The notes under the pieces: generated by a model
Told to the model about the DNA's origin: nothing
Database searches by the model: none
Seen by the model: only the letters and a program-made list of their open reading frames with translations
Assembly: GCA_964016885.1 (NCBI GenBank)
Contig: OZ024740.1
Coordinates: forward strand, 52,824,001 to 52,888,000
DNA length: 64,000 nucleotides
From: Eledone cirrhosa
Lineage: Eukaryota
Reading direction: 5' to 3'
Position numbers and translations under genes: made by a program
Part shown: piece after piece, positions 44,760 to 61,560 of the stretch
Layout of the letters: each line of letters starts with the position of its first letter
Numbering within the stretch: the first letter of the stretch is position 1

Positions 44760-44917
44760 CCCTTTACTTTCTGCGTTCTAATCCCACCGAGGTTCGCTGT
44801 GCCTGTCATCCTTACGGAGTCTATAAAATAAAGTACCAGTAGCGCACTGGTGTCGATTTAGTCGACTCTCCCCTTCCCTTCAATTTGTTGGCCTTGTGCC
44901 AAATGTAGAAACAATTA
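44760..44917 (+). mobile_element. Diverged S1 SINE
   Basis: Body GCCTGTCATCCTTACGGAGTCTATAAAATAAAGTACCAG. Confidence 0.75.
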
Positions 44918-44939
44918 TATTTTAACAAAGTTTACAATA

Positions 44940-45063
<124 letters not shown>

Positions 45064-45311
45064 GTATATATATATAAATAGTAGAATAATCGAGCATCGG
45101 AATATCAGCCCACGAAATCACGATAAACAATATCCGATATATGTGGCAGAGGGCTCAATAATTTGGAAACATCAGAGCTATAACTATCGTTAAAATACCA
45201 ACACATAGAGATCATGCCTAAAATCACCCATGCAGCCGAATATATATATATATATAAATGAAAAGTATAGAAATTGTTGTAGCGAGAAGCTAACAGTATT
45301 CCATAACATAT

Positions 45312-45463
45312 TGTGACTATAGCGTCAAAATGTGACTATAGCGTCAAAATGTGACTATAGCGTCAAAATGTGACTATAGCGTCAAAATGTGACTATAGCG
45401 TCAAAATGTGACTATAGCGTCAAAATGTGACTATAGCGTCAAAATGTGACTATAGCGTCAAAA
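45312..45463. repeat. Perfect minisatellite, 8 x TGTGACTATAGCGTCAAAA (19 bp)
   Basis: Counted directly. No spacers. Confidence 0.95.
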
Positions 45464-45637
45464 TAGTTAACACAAGATATGGGAAAAATAATTCAGACTC
45501 AATTCAAAAGGAATTAGGATATAGATTTATGCAACAGAATTTAGAGAAATCCAGGGAAAAATCAATAGAGCCTTAACTCATGATAAAACAAAGTCTTCAA
45601 TTTGGGACAACTTCAAATGCTCTGTATTGTCTTGAAA

Positions 45638-45719
<82 letters not shown>

Positions 45720-45888
45720 ATCACAAATTTTACAATATGATATTTATATATATTTATATACACACACACTCAAATACACATATATATATTATAATATAAC
45801 ACAATACAATAAAATAAAATACATTATACCATAACATGATATATATAAATATATTTATATGTAATAATAATAAATATGTATATATGTG

Positions 45889-45945
<57 letters not shown>

Positions 45946-45947
45946 AT

Positions 45948-46073
<126 letters not shown>

Positions 46074-46083
46074 TATATATATA

Positions 46084-46137
<54 letters not shown>

Positions 46138-46140
46138 TAT

Positions 46141-46181
<41 letters not shown>

Positions 46182-46257
46182 TATATTTATATATATATGC
46201 ATATATATATATGTCTGTGTGTGCGTATATATATATACTAATATATATATATATAAT

Positions 46258-46360
46258 ATAGAAATGGCTTATACAGGACTAGAACTGTTTCATTCGAAGG
46301 AAATCATCAGCAAAAGCCTTGAGTACCTTACTTACTCTGGCTACCCCTGATTGAATCCGG
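46258..46360. mobile_element. Family B fragment (minus ribozyme arm joined to plus tail)
   Basis: GGACTAGAACTGTTTCATTC..AAATCATCAG followed by TTGAGTACCTTACTTAC. Confidence 0.7.
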
Positions 46361-46369
46361 TATACATAC

Positions 46370-46426
<57 letters not shown>

Positions 46427-46458
46427 AAGAGAACACTGAAGTTGCGTATAGATGCGTT

Positions 46459-46519
<61 letters not shown>

Positions 46520-46807
46520 GTTAAATAAAATAAAACAAGGACAATTGGTTACTCGCTGGATATATATATATATATATTTTTATATATATTTTTATATATA
46601 TTTTTATATATATTTTTATAAATCTTCGGCTCTATTTAATTACATTGAGCTATATCTTATACTGTCATTTCTATATGAAGAGTGTGTTTAACTCCAACAC
46701 ACTCTAGTATTTTAATTCTTTATAATATATATATATATATACATGTATATGTTATATAAACATATTTCTCTATATATACGCACATCTCTCTCTCGCCCTC
46801 TCCCCCC

Positions 46808-46853
<46 letters not shown>

Positions 46854-47174
46854 CCATCTCCCCCATCTCTGTATAATTACAGTTATTTTTGCGACCATTA
46901 GCAAATCTTTCTCAATACAAAAATGTATATTTTCTACTATATTCTATGGTTACTCTCTATTAGTACTCTACAACTGGGACTGGAACACACGAAACTCAGA
47001 GTAGCACTGAAACTAATCTCAGTAACATATTAAAATATCTACATCTATATTCACCTAAGTTTCTATTTATTTATCTAGCTTTCTGTGCCTGCTTGTATGT
47101 ATATGTGTATGTACTTATGCATGTATGTATGTATCTATGTATATATGTATTTGTCTATGTATCTGTCTCTCCGT

Positions 47175-47214
<40 letters not shown>

Positions 47215-47285
47215 ACGCACACATACACACGCACATACACACACATACACACATATAGATATATATTCACACATATATATATACT

Positions 47286-47316
<31 letters not shown>

Positions 47317-47371
47317 GTATGATGATGATGATGATGATATATATATATATATATATATATACTCACACACT

Positions 47372-47402
<31 letters not shown>

Positions 47403-47416
47403 GCATACACACACAG

Positions 47417-47448
<32 letters not shown>

Positions 47449-47495
47449 TTATATATATATATATATGCATACACACACACACAGATATATATATG

Positions 47496-47531
<36 letters not shown>

Positions 47532-48447
47532 CATATATATATATACACATATACACTCATATATACTATATTCGCAAATTTATGTAATTAATTATAATAT
47601 TGATGCCTTATGCAATATTGGATTATATGGACCATTGTAAAACTCAATAACTTTTGGAGGAGGAAATATTTCTATATGCGAACTTCATGCATTTTCCAAA
47701 AGAATTCACAGCCTACAGGTATTCACATAGGTTCAACAAATTTCGATATTTTCTCGTCCAGTGATTAGCACATGTTTTACGGCACTTTCTCATTCTTATA
47801 ATATTTATATAATATTCAATTATAATACTAGCTATAGATTCTTTTATTATCAATGGTAGTTATAAATGCTAGAGTAGATCGTATAGAACCCAGTAAATTA
47901 TTATTATTTACATATGTTTTGCTCCTCCCCACTTTCGACTATTGATATTTTTGAATACAAAATTATATGGCGGGATTGTGAAATTTAATAATTCATTGAA
48001 TTACCTACAATTGATAACCAAAATTCAAAATGTATGTTAAATATATTATGAAACATGGGATGATAAAATACAAAATTAACGCCGTTTTCATTTGAACTTT
48101 GAATCCAACGTGGGAAATCTAAATACACATGCTACATAATACATTCAACTTGATTGTGTACTACTCAAGTAATTCTTCACCGCCCTACATGAGATAATAT
48201 TAATAATAACACCTAATATCTAAGGGGTAGAGGCGTGGTTATAATAAAAAATGGTCCCAGTTGCAAAAATATATGGTAAGAAAATGATGTTATTAAATTT
48301 ATATTATTCTGAAGACTATAAATGCCACTCTATAAGAACGTACTGCATATATATAATATAATATATTACACACACATATATGTATGTGTACATATATAAA
48401 TAAATATATATTATATACATGTTTGTATGTATGTATGAATATGTATG

Positions 48448-48496
<49 letters not shown>

Positions 48497-48505
48497 TATA
48501 TATAT

Positions 48506-48678
48506 AGGAAAAAGTATGAGCTCAAGCCGTTTCGACGGCTATTTCTGGACTAGTCCAGAAACGGCTTGAGCTCTGCCGTCGGGTCATACTTTTTCCTATT
48601 TCCCACTCTACTACCCTAAGTATTGAGTACTCTGGTGCGTTATGGTCCATCTGGTTCCTTACCACAATTCCTTTGTTA
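48506..48678. mobile_element. Family C fold-back
   Basis: Centre CTGGACTAGTCCAG (48545-48558). Confidence 0.78.
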
Positions 48679-49367
48679 TATATATATATATATATACATA
48701 TAATCTATCTATCTATGTATCTACATACTATGCTACATAGCTGTCTACACGCCTGTCTAATTATGTACCTATTTTTTATCTATACATATGTACATACTTA
48801 CGTGCATACATACATACATACATACATAATACATACATACATACATAATACATACATACATATATACATACATTTGTATGTTCTGGCATCCAGTTACCGC
48901 CCCTTCCTTTCATTGATTATTTCCCTCTTTATGTACACACACAGTCACCCCCCCCCCCCCACACACACATAGAAACAAGCACACAGTCACACACACAAAC
49001 ACAAGCCCCCCCCCCTCTACACACAAACACACACGTACGCACAACACACATATTGATATAATGCGAAAAAAAGAAATGTAGATATTTTGATACGTAACTC
49101 CATCTAAAAAAATATATGCATTGATACTGTCCCCCATTAGCTTCATGAGTGTGGACATAAACATGCATTCCCATGTATACACACATAAATATATTGTATA
49201 TGCATATAAATATACACTGATTGTGTATATATATTTGTGTATATATATATGTGTATATTTTATATATATATATTATATATATATATATAATATATATACA
49301 CACACACACACACATATATATATGTATATGTATATATATTTACATATATACATATATATTTACACAC

Positions 49368-49403
<36 letters not shown>

Positions 49404-49453
49404 AAATATATATGTATATATGTAAATATATATGTATATATACGTATATATAC

Positions 49454-49499
<46 letters not shown>

Positions 49500-49671
49500 G
49501 AATAAACAAACGGAGAACAAAAAACAGAGAGGCAGTACAAATGGTTTTTAGTTTGACGCTTGAGAGTGGGGGTGGGGGGTGGGGGGTGGGGGGGTGGGGG
49601 ACATATATATGTATGTATGTATATGTATATATGTAAATAAATAGATGTTATATATATATATAAATAGATGT

Positions 49672-49699
<28 letters not shown>

Positions 49700-49702
<3 letters not shown>

Positions 49703-49884
49703 TTAATATAGATGAGATTCTACAGGACTAGAACTGTTTCATTCATTAGAAATCATCCTGATGATTTCTAATGAATGAAACAGTTCTAGTCCTGTAGAAT
49801 CTCATCTATATTAAAACTTTTATACTCTGCTATGTATTGAGTACCTTACTTACTGTGGTTACCTCCGATTCAACCCGGAATAAC

Positions 49885-49885
<1 letters not shown>
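49700..49885. mobile_element. Family B fold-back, hammerhead core at 49758-49791 (+)
   Basis: The arms meet inside the core: ..AAATCATC|CTGATGATTTCTAATGAATGAAACAGTTCTAGTC. Confidence 0.82.
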
Positions 49886-49925
<40 letters not shown>

Positions 49926-49928
49926 AAG

Positions 49929-49980
<52 letters not shown>

Positions 49981-50013
49981 CGTATATATATATATATATA
50001 TATATATACAAAG

Positions 50014-50095
<82 letters not shown>

Positions 50096-50097
<2 letters not shown>

Positions 50098-50635
50098 TGG
50101 CTGACCGTTTTCTTAACATTTGAGGGACACACGACTCGGTATGGATACTCCCGTCGCCCGTCATTTCCGTCCCCCAGGTCACTCTGTGCTACATATCTCA
50201 GTCCTGGGTGTCCTTTTACATCACGGATTACAGCCCTGGCGCACCAGGACTGAACAGTCTGATTTACCGCCTTGGGTATGTTTCGCGCATGGATTCAACT
50301 CCCTACCCCAATTTCTTTAACATTACACATACGTTCGTGCTTACTTTATCCTTTGCCCCGTCACGTTTAACCCGTCCGTTATCACACACGCGCCTGTGCA
50401 TTCACCCCTAGATTCCCATGGCTCCCTTATGGTCAGAATTATATACTCTTACAGCTGATACAGACCAACAAAATGCGTACATACACCTCTACAGCTCTGT
50501 AGATATATACACACACACACTCCCTTATATTAACATACCTTTGCTCACAGCCTCGCACTTACAAGCACACACACACTCTTTTACTTATATATATACACAC
50601 TCATATCCTCTTAGTTTGTACAGACGTATAATAAC

Positions 50636-50669
<34 letters not shown>

Positions 50670-51015
50670 GCAAGTGCGCACGTATCGCTCTATATACAAA
50701 ACGGTTTTTTTCCATTTCAGGTAGACGCCCTCTATCATCCACTTTTCTAAAAAAGGATATCATACACAAAACGCCAACATTAACAGTTTTCCAAGATATG
50801 GCAACATTAACGGACCTGTTATTCTTCTCTAAAAACATTTTTTCTGATTCCGCCCCGCCCGTCGCCTTCAATCTATCTAATTTCTCATTCTTTCTTCTGA
50901 TGAAGGACCAGCGGCCGAAACGTTAAGACACTCTTCCTGTTATTTCAAGTGTTAACCTAATATATTCCTTCCACATACTGTACCGATTGTGTTGTTATTT
51001 CTGTTTACCTTTTAC
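50096..51015 (+). mobile_element. Family I PLE-type 3' region with a minimal hammerhead (50893-50928)
   Basis: TCTT-CTGATGA-AGGACCAGCGGCC-GAAA-CGTT-AAGA, the classic PLE minimal form. Confidence 0.78.
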
Positions 51016-51042
51016 ATACATATGTATATATATGAATCTTTT

Positions 51043-51073
<31 letters not shown>

Positions 51074-51144
51074 ATATAGTAATAATAATAAATTTGAAGA
51101 CTAAAATCCAAAGAGCGATTCTTTGCTTACACTTTAATCAGCTA

Positions 51145-51185
<41 letters not shown>

Positions 51186-51300
51186 GCATATATATATATA
51201 TACACACACACACGTACACATTTTATATATATATGTATGTATGTGTGTATGTATGTATTATGTTTTTATATATGCATATATATATATATATACATATATA

Positions 51301-51352
<52 letters not shown>

Positions 51353-51882
51353 TGCACACACATACATATATAAATACATAATACATACATACACACATAC
51401 ATACATATATACATAAAATGTGTATGTATGTATGAATGTACTGTGTGTGTGTGTGTATATATATATATGATGTATATATGTATGTATATATATATATATA
51501 TATATATTTGTCTTCTAACTAATTTCTTTATGTTAGTTGAGCTTTTCAAGATGAAAATGGCTATAGGCTGCTATTTCTAGCGGCTTTTTGATCCATTCAA
51601 ACCACTATGTACTGTCTGGCGCACATGTTTTCGTCTCTCACCATGTGAGATATTTCAGTTGTCTAAAGTCTCATTAGAAGTGTTGACTATATCGTCTTTA
51701 CACCTGCCGATGAGCCCTGAGTGGTTATGGTACCGGCACTGTTTTAATACATTTTAATTTACCTTTTTAATTATTATGTATTTTCCACACTTTTCGTAGA
51801 CTTTATGCTTTTCACTCTAGTGGTTCTATACCCCTCGTAATTGAAAAAATACCCGTTTTTGTGTTTTCTCCTCTATATATTG

Positions 51883-51936
<54 letters not shown>

Positions 51937-51939
<3 letters not shown>

Positions 51940-52620
51940 AAAGGTAAACAGAAATAACAACACAATCGGTACAGTATATGGAAGGGATATATTAGTTTAA
52001 CGCTTGATATAGCAGGAAGAGGGTCTTAACGTTTCGGACGCTAGTCCTTCATCATAAGAAAGAATGAGAAATAAGATAGATTGAGGGGACGGGCGTGATG
52101 GAATTGGTCTTTAGATAAAAATAACAGGTCCATTCATGTTGACATCTCTACACACGTATGTCTGGGTGTAACTTCTAATTCGGTAGACCATATTATATGG
52201 CCAGGTTGTCGGTGTCTATTACGTCCTTACTGTTGTATGGTCGGGTCGTCGTTGTCTAGCTCATCATCTCTGTTGTATGGCCGGGTCGTCGGCGCCTATC
52301 ATGTTATTTCTGTTCTATAGTCGGATTGGCGTTGTATAGGCTGGCATCTGTTGTATTGTCGGGTTGTCGGCACCTAACTCGTCATATCTGTTGTATGGCC
52401 GTATGATCAGTGTGATAGGTCCTAACATGGCGTCTCTGTTGTATTGTCGTGTCCTAGCCGCCTAACGGCATCTCTATTAGGATCCCCTTGTGAGGAGTGG
52501 CGCTAGAACACTTACAGGGCAATCAAATTATGTCAAAAGAACGTTAAACCCAGGCATCTCACATTACTATGGGTTGAGATATACTCGAGTACTATAGCAC
52601 ACCAGGCAAATATTGACACA
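51937..52620 (-). mobile_element. Second family I copy (hammerhead 52024-52059, C3 mutated) with ~40-bp degenerate repeats upstream
   Basis: Reverse-complement homology to 50790-51015. Confidence 0.7.
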
Positions 52621-53098
52621 TTATTCATGTCAAAAGAACCACCCAGGAGACGGAAAAATCCAAATTTAAGAGCTCATTGTTTTGCGATGTATAGGATATA
52701 CACTTATACACACAAATACACACAGAGAATGACACCCATACACACACATATACCAACATACACATATACACACACAGATATTTATCTTTAAAAACTACAG
52801 AATTGCTAAAACGCTTTAAAAACCTCCTATGAGTTGGAAACTCATAGGATGCCAAGTAAAAGCACACAAGTGTGAGCAATATCAACACCTACAACAATAA
52901 TAAATGAAACATACACATCGGATGCCAGACGGTCAAGCTTTAATCGTTACTAACGATTTAAATTTGATCATCGGACATCCTATCCTGTAAAGATAATATC
53001 TACACTTTACTTTCTTTAACTATGCAGTTAGTTTTGCCATTCGTAACTAGAAACATCTCACCATCACACTCTGTGGGTGGATATATATATATATATAT

Positions 53099-53260
53099 GT
53101 AACAAAGAAAGTGTGATAAGAAACCAGGTGGACCATAACGCACAAGATTACTCGATACTTAGGGTTGTAGAGTGGGTAATAGGAAAAGAGTCTGGTGGCT
53201 TAGTTCGGATCTACCTGTCGAAACGGCTGGAGTTCAGCCGTCGGAGTCCTGACTCTTTTG

Positions 53261-53262
<2 letters not shown>
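53099..53262. mobile_element. Diverged family C fold-back
   Basis: GTCGAAACGGCTGGAGTTCAGCCGTC and the C-type tail. Confidence 0.72.
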
Positions 53263-53296
<34 letters not shown>

Positions 53297-53299
53297 TTA

Positions 53300-53712
53300 T
53301 TCAGGTTTGAGGTTCACCACTGTATAGAGCTGGTCTATTCCGTATGGTCAATCGTAATGCAATAATATAGAGAGTACTCAACGTAAAGCAGTTCAACCGT
53401 CTTTATTTTTGTAGTTGGTGGTGCTATTACGGAGTTAAATATTATAATGAAATGACAGGAGGCTGAATTTGTGTAAATCCTTGAAAGGTTTATTATACTA
53501 TGATCATTTCAGTGACTGGGTTCCGTATGAATCCGGTGATATCATCAGGTATTCCAAATATAATACGTGAATGTAATAGATAAAATCCATGGGGCTGAAA
53601 ATCGAGGGCCCGAGGGCGACCGGCTAAGGTAGAGGGTGCAAGATAGCGGTCGCCCTCGGGCCCTCGATTTTCAGCCCCATGGATTTTATCTATTACATTC
53701 ACGTATTATATT
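53300..53712. mobile_element. Family E fold-back, hammerhead at 53495-53552 (-)
   Basis: Minus reads ATAC-CTGATGA..GAAA-TGATCA-TA-GTAT. Palindrome 53560-53712. Confidence 0.75.
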
Positions 53713-53734
53713 ATACTCAAAATTATACTCATGA

Positions 53735-55415
<1,681 letters not shown>

Positions 55416-55421
55416 TGTATT

Positions 55422-55464
<43 letters not shown>

Positions 55465-55674
55465 CTCTTCTTCCTTTCTCTTCTTTCCTACGCATACAAT
55501 AACTTATAATTATTTAAATTTTCCATAGCGTCTAAAATAACGTTTTTTTCAGCACTTTTACATAAACCTCATTTGCATACTCATCTTAATAATTTGAAAT
55601 ATCTGACCTTCCTTCTCTTTTCCTTTCACTATCCAAAGATAACTTGAACCGTTAAGGTATTTTCTCCCTGGTTA

Positions 55675-55898
55675 TGTCAAAATTTATAAAACACATTTCG
55701 TATTTTATCTGATGATAGCGTACCAAAATGTTTGGTACCCTTGAAATATATATAATAGAATAAATATGGTTTTATAAATATAGTTTCTATTTATTTAATA
55801 TCATTGTATAATATACTCCAGAAAACTCGTTGAGTGCTCTGAATCAGTTATAAACATTTATATTTGTTGAATTACCAACAACTTGAATATCCCTTCTG

Positions 55899-55900
<2 letters not shown>
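55675..55900 (+). mobile_element. Family A element, hammerhead at 55701-55762
   Basis: TATTTTAT-CTGATGA-TAGCGTACCA..TGGTACCCTT-GAAA-TATATA-TA-ATAGAATA. Confidence 0.8.
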
Positions 55901-55932
<32 letters not shown>

Positions 55933-55934
<2 letters not shown>

Positions 55935-56798
55935 GAAAAATTGAACAGGGACAGAACAGAGAGGCAGTACGATAAATGTTTATTAAATTCACGCTCAGGA
56001 GAGTGGGGGGTAGGTGGGGGACGACGTTTCGGGCATAAGCCCTTCTTCAGGTGAGAGTACAAAAGGTGTGTAGGGGAGTGGTGGAGAGACATATAGCGAA
56101 AGGAAACGGTGCGAATGAAAAATTAACAAATAAAGACAAAAATATAATAAATAATAAATAAAAATAAAGCATGATCAAAATACAAGGAATGAGAAAATTT
56201 AAAAATAAAGGCATGATCAAAATAAACTGAAATAAAAGGGGGGTAAACAGGTGGTGGAAGGGTGTGGGGTGAGTAGAGGTGGTGGCGGGTGGAGTGGGGA
56301 GAGGGAGACGGGGTGTCCGAGCGGGGAGGGCTGAAGGTGGTGTGTGTGGTTAGGTGTGCGTGTGTGTGTGTGTGTGTGTGTATGTGAAAGTGAGGGTTGG
56401 GGGAAGAACGGGGTTGCATGTTCAGGAAGGTGTGTGTGGGGGGTGTTTTTGTGGGTCGGAGGGTCTGTGCGTGTGTGGATAGGGGGGTGGGGGGAGAGGA
56501 ATCAGGGGGCTGAGGGTGTAAATAAGTGGTGGGAAGCACGTGTGTGTGGTTTAAGCGTGTTGTGGGTGTGGGTGGCGTGTGGATAAAAAAAATTGTTTTG
56601 GGGTGTGTGTGTGGGTGAGTTATGTAGGTGATGGTGTAAGAGGATGGTTGAAAAGTGGTAAGTTACACGGATGTATGGAGATTTTGGTTGGAAGTCGAAA
56701 CGCGTGTGGGTAATCCAAGAAGCGGTGGTCGGAAGAGGAGAGATGTGGGGTGCGCGCGCAACAGGAAGTGGTCAGCAGTGGAAGTGCTGTGGTCAGTT

Positions 56799-56800
<2 letters not shown>
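55933..56800 (-). mobile_element. Family J PLE-type 3' region, hammerhead at ~56018-56055
   Basis: Minus reads CTGAAGA-AGGGC-TTAT-GCCC-GAAA-CGTC. Other copies at 59480-59720 and 49498-49600 (tail only). Confidence 0.78.
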
Positions 56801-56830
<30 letters not shown>

Positions 56831-56833
<3 letters not shown>

Positions 56834-57247
56834 GAAGTTGTATTTAATTTGTTGGAACTCCGACAAACATAAATGTTTATAACTAATTTAGAGCACTCAA
56901 CAGCATACTCGAGTAAATATTCCATGATATTAAATAAATGGAAACTATATTTATAAAACCATATTTATTTTATTATATATATTTCAAGGGAAACCAAGAC
57001 ACCATTGGTGCGCTTTCATCAGATAAAATACAAAGTTTGTTTTATAAATAGAGACGTACCCATGAAAAACTATCCAGTGAATTTCCAACCGATAAGGTAT
57101 GTTTTTCATGGGTACGTCTCTAATTATGAAACAAACTTTGTATTTTATCTGATGAAAGCGCACCAATGGTGTCTTGGTTGCCCTTGAAATATATATAATA
57201 AAATAAATATGGTTTTATAAATATAGTTTCCATTTATTTAATATCAT

Positions 57248-57250
<3 letters not shown>
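56831..57250. mobile_element. Family A palindrome, hammerheads at 56966-57030 (-) and 57141-57205 (+)
   Basis: ~155-bp near-perfect arms, both with intact cores. Confidence 0.85.
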
Positions 57251-57753
<503 letters not shown>

Positions 57754-57841
57754 ATTAAATGTTAGAGAAAACAATACCAAATTCTTGAATAAATATATCT
57801 AATTGCTTACAATTGTTTCAAAAATTATTGAGCACACTGAC

Positions 57842-57857
<16 letters not shown>

Positions 57858-57882
<25 letters not shown>

Positions 57883-58692
57883 AATTAATATATCTACCAA
57901 CATATGTATACAGATGCATACCTACGCTAGCAGATATATATGTTTTGTCTTAGTAACTTTGTAGTTCTATGCAGGGGAATGCAGAACAATTAAGCTTCCA
58001 GTGTCCCCGCAATGCCTGGTGGCTTAGCTGAGAATAGACTCCCTGATGACGTAAGGCTTCTCTACAGGTATTACATAACTGTATTTATCCCCTTACAGAA
58101 ACTAATTAGTTGGAGTGAAATTTTAGTAAGTAAGTCAATTTTCATAACTTTCTTATTTACGTCTTTCATATAATTGTTCTGCATTCCCCTGCATAGAACT
58201 ACAAAGTTACTAAGACAAAACATATATATCTGCTAGCGTAGGTATGCATCTGTATACATATGTCGGTAGATATATTAATTCTTTATATTCTTCTCCAAAT
58301 TATTTGTTGAGCAAAATTTGCCAAATTACTACTGTGACTGATAGTAGTGGCTAGGCTCTGTCTTAATAGCACCCCCACTCCAAGCTGGTTAACCTCAGTG
58401 TCACGTGATTAATTCTTTTGAATTTGCCACTTGACCAAGGAGGCAGCGAATTTTTCAGTGCTTAGAATCTAGCCCCGCTCGATTTTTTCGCTTTTTCCCA
58501 TCCACTGAATTATTGTTATGTAAGCTTCCATGTCCCCGCATTGCCTGGTGGCTTAGCTGAGAATAGACTCCCTGATGACATAAGGCTTCTCTACAGGTAT
58601 TACATAACTGTATTTATCCCCTTACAGAAAGTAATTAGTTGGAGTGAAATTTTAGTAAGTAAGTCAATTTTCATAACTTTCTTATTTACGTC

Positions 58693-58698
<6 letters not shown>
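57858..58698 (+). mobile_element. Family M retrozyme-like element: two hammerheads 529 nt apart (58038-58116, 58567-58645) plus an inverted 5' segment
   Basis: ACTCC-CTGATGA-CGTAAGG..CCTTACA-GAAA-CTAATTAG-TT-GGAGT. 57858-57990 is the reverse complement of 58170-58288. Confidence 0.83.
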
Positions 58699-59446
<748 letters not shown>

Positions 59447-59479
59447 TATATATATATATATATATACATATATATATAG

Positions 59480-59720
59480 TTTAATAAATAAACAGAGAAC
59501 AAAAAACAGAAAAATGTTGAGGCAGTACAAATGATATTGGTATTAGTTTCACGCTTGAAAGTGGGGGTGGGGGACGACGTTTCGGGCATAATCCCTTCAT
59601 CAGGAGAGCATAATCCCTTCATCAGGAGAAAAGTTGGTAGGAAGCGAGTTCCGAGGGTGTGTGGGGGAGTTGTGGAAAGACATTTAAGAAAAAAAGGCGG
59701 GGGAGGGGGGCATTTTTTTA
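59480..59720 (-). mobile_element. Family J copy, hammerhead at ~59570-59607 with a 21-bp core duplication
   Basis: Minus reads CTGATGA-AGGGATTATGCCC-GAAA-CGTC. GCATAATCCCTTCATCAGGAGA occurs twice. Confidence 0.75.
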
Positions 59721-59958
59721 GAGAGTAAAGGAAATTTTTTAAAAGGAAATTTTTTAAAGGGAATTTTATATATATATATATATATACATATATTTATATA
59801 CATATTCCTATATATATATATGTATATATATATGTATATATGTATGTATATATATATATATGTATATATATGTGTGTATATATATGTGTGTACGTATGCA
59901 TACTTACATTTATGTATCAGCGGTGCTCTGAGCGAGAAATAAAATTGTAATTTTATTT

Positions 59959-60014
<56 letters not shown>

Positions 60015-60536
60015 TTTTGAGTTTATGTTGGTTGTATACCAACACCTCAGTATGCAGGCTGGAGCACTCGACGAAGTGCGCAGGTTGGTTTGGTTACTCC
60101 GGAGTAGTGTAAAATAAAGTTAAATAAAAGTCAAATGATTAAAATTTAGCTTCGTTTATTACTGCTATATATATTTCAGTGACAGCCATCTTTGGCTGTG
60201 ACCTCTTCAGGCAGTTTGAATTAGTATGGTATAGACAAGTACATATGTTGTTTAGGTGTATGATATTGTCAATACTCTGATATGCCCAGTTCCTTGCTGG
60301 GTTGTTAATTCACTGGTATGACTCCAGTTCCCCAGTGAATTAACAACCCAGCAAGGAACTGGGCATATCAGAGTATTGACAATATCATACACCTAAACAA
60401 CATATGTACTTGTCTATACCATACTAATTCAAACTGCCTGAAGAGGTCACAGCCAAAGATGGCTGTCACTGAAATATATATAGCAGTAATAAACGAAGCT
60501 AAATTTTAATCATTTGACTTTTATTTAACTTTATTT

Positions 60537-60540
<4 letters not shown>
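60015..60540. mobile_element. Family D palindrome (~205-bp arms), hammerhead at 60433-60487 (+) and its mirror
   Basis: ACTGC-CTGAAGA-GGTCACAGCC..GGCTGTCACT-GAAA-TATATA-TA-GCAGT. Confidence 0.85.
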
Positions 60541-60587
<47 letters not shown>

Positions 60588-61207
60588 CTGGGAGGCTCAT
60601 CTTGGGTTTCACATTGGTTTTTATTATCATTCAAGTAACTAATCTATTATCAGTTGGTTTAGTAGTGGGATGGTTATTCAATTATTAATGGTCTTTCGTT
60701 ACACATTTTGTGACCTTCGCAATGTCTATATTCTTCTTGTTTAATCTTTGTTTTGGTTTTGTACTAGTTATTCCACCTTTTCTTTCAGAGGTGTGTGTGT
60801 GTGTAAGTAGTGTGTGTGTCAGTAGTGTGTGCATATACGTTTGTCTTTATATATGACCACTTCTTGAAATTTTTTGTCATGAATCATTAGGTTGTTGATT
60901 TTTTTATTAGTCCATCACCGCGTTTTAGTGAGTGTATGTTAAGTTTCTGCAAAAGTGGTGGCTCCCTTAATCTGCCTTAGTCACTATGCTCTAGTTTAAT
61001 ATATTTATAGAGCAATAACGATTTTTACTTTGGATTCCCACCAGTGCTCGTGTTCCTACTTTGCATTTCTGTGCGTCTTATGCTGTATGCAACATTTCTA
61101 GCCTTATAATGTATCTGTGGGCTTACCTTACAAACACACACCCACGCACAATTACATGCACACACACACGCACACATACATGCACACACACACACGCACA
61201 CATACAC

Positions 61208-61299
<92 letters not shown>

Positions 61300-61394
61300 A
61301 CACGCACACACACACTCACACACACACACGCATTTATATATAGGGTGGAACAAGGCCTATTACGTAATGGAGTTGTAGTAGCTGCAGATAATAA

Positions 61395-61560
61395 TGGTTT
61401 TTGATTTAGGCACAAGGCCAGTCATTTTTAGCGGAGGGGAAAGTCGATTAAATAAACCTTAGTGCATTACTGGTGCTTAATTTTATCGATCCCATAAAGA
61501 CAAATGGCAAAGCTAACCTCGGTGGGATTTCAACTCAACGTAAAGGACCAGAGCTAAATA
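61395..61560 (-). mobile_element. Diverged S1 SINE
   Basis: Reverse-complement S1 body. Confidence 0.7.

Noticed and set aside
45312-45463. Possible CRISPR array
   Set aside because: Contiguous identical 19-mers with no spacers, no cas genes, and a eukaryotic context.
56984-57187. Pair of mirrored 60-aa ORFs (MVRFHQIKYK...)
   Set aside because: A by-product of the family A palindrome. The frames are antisense to the hammerheads and start at TTG.
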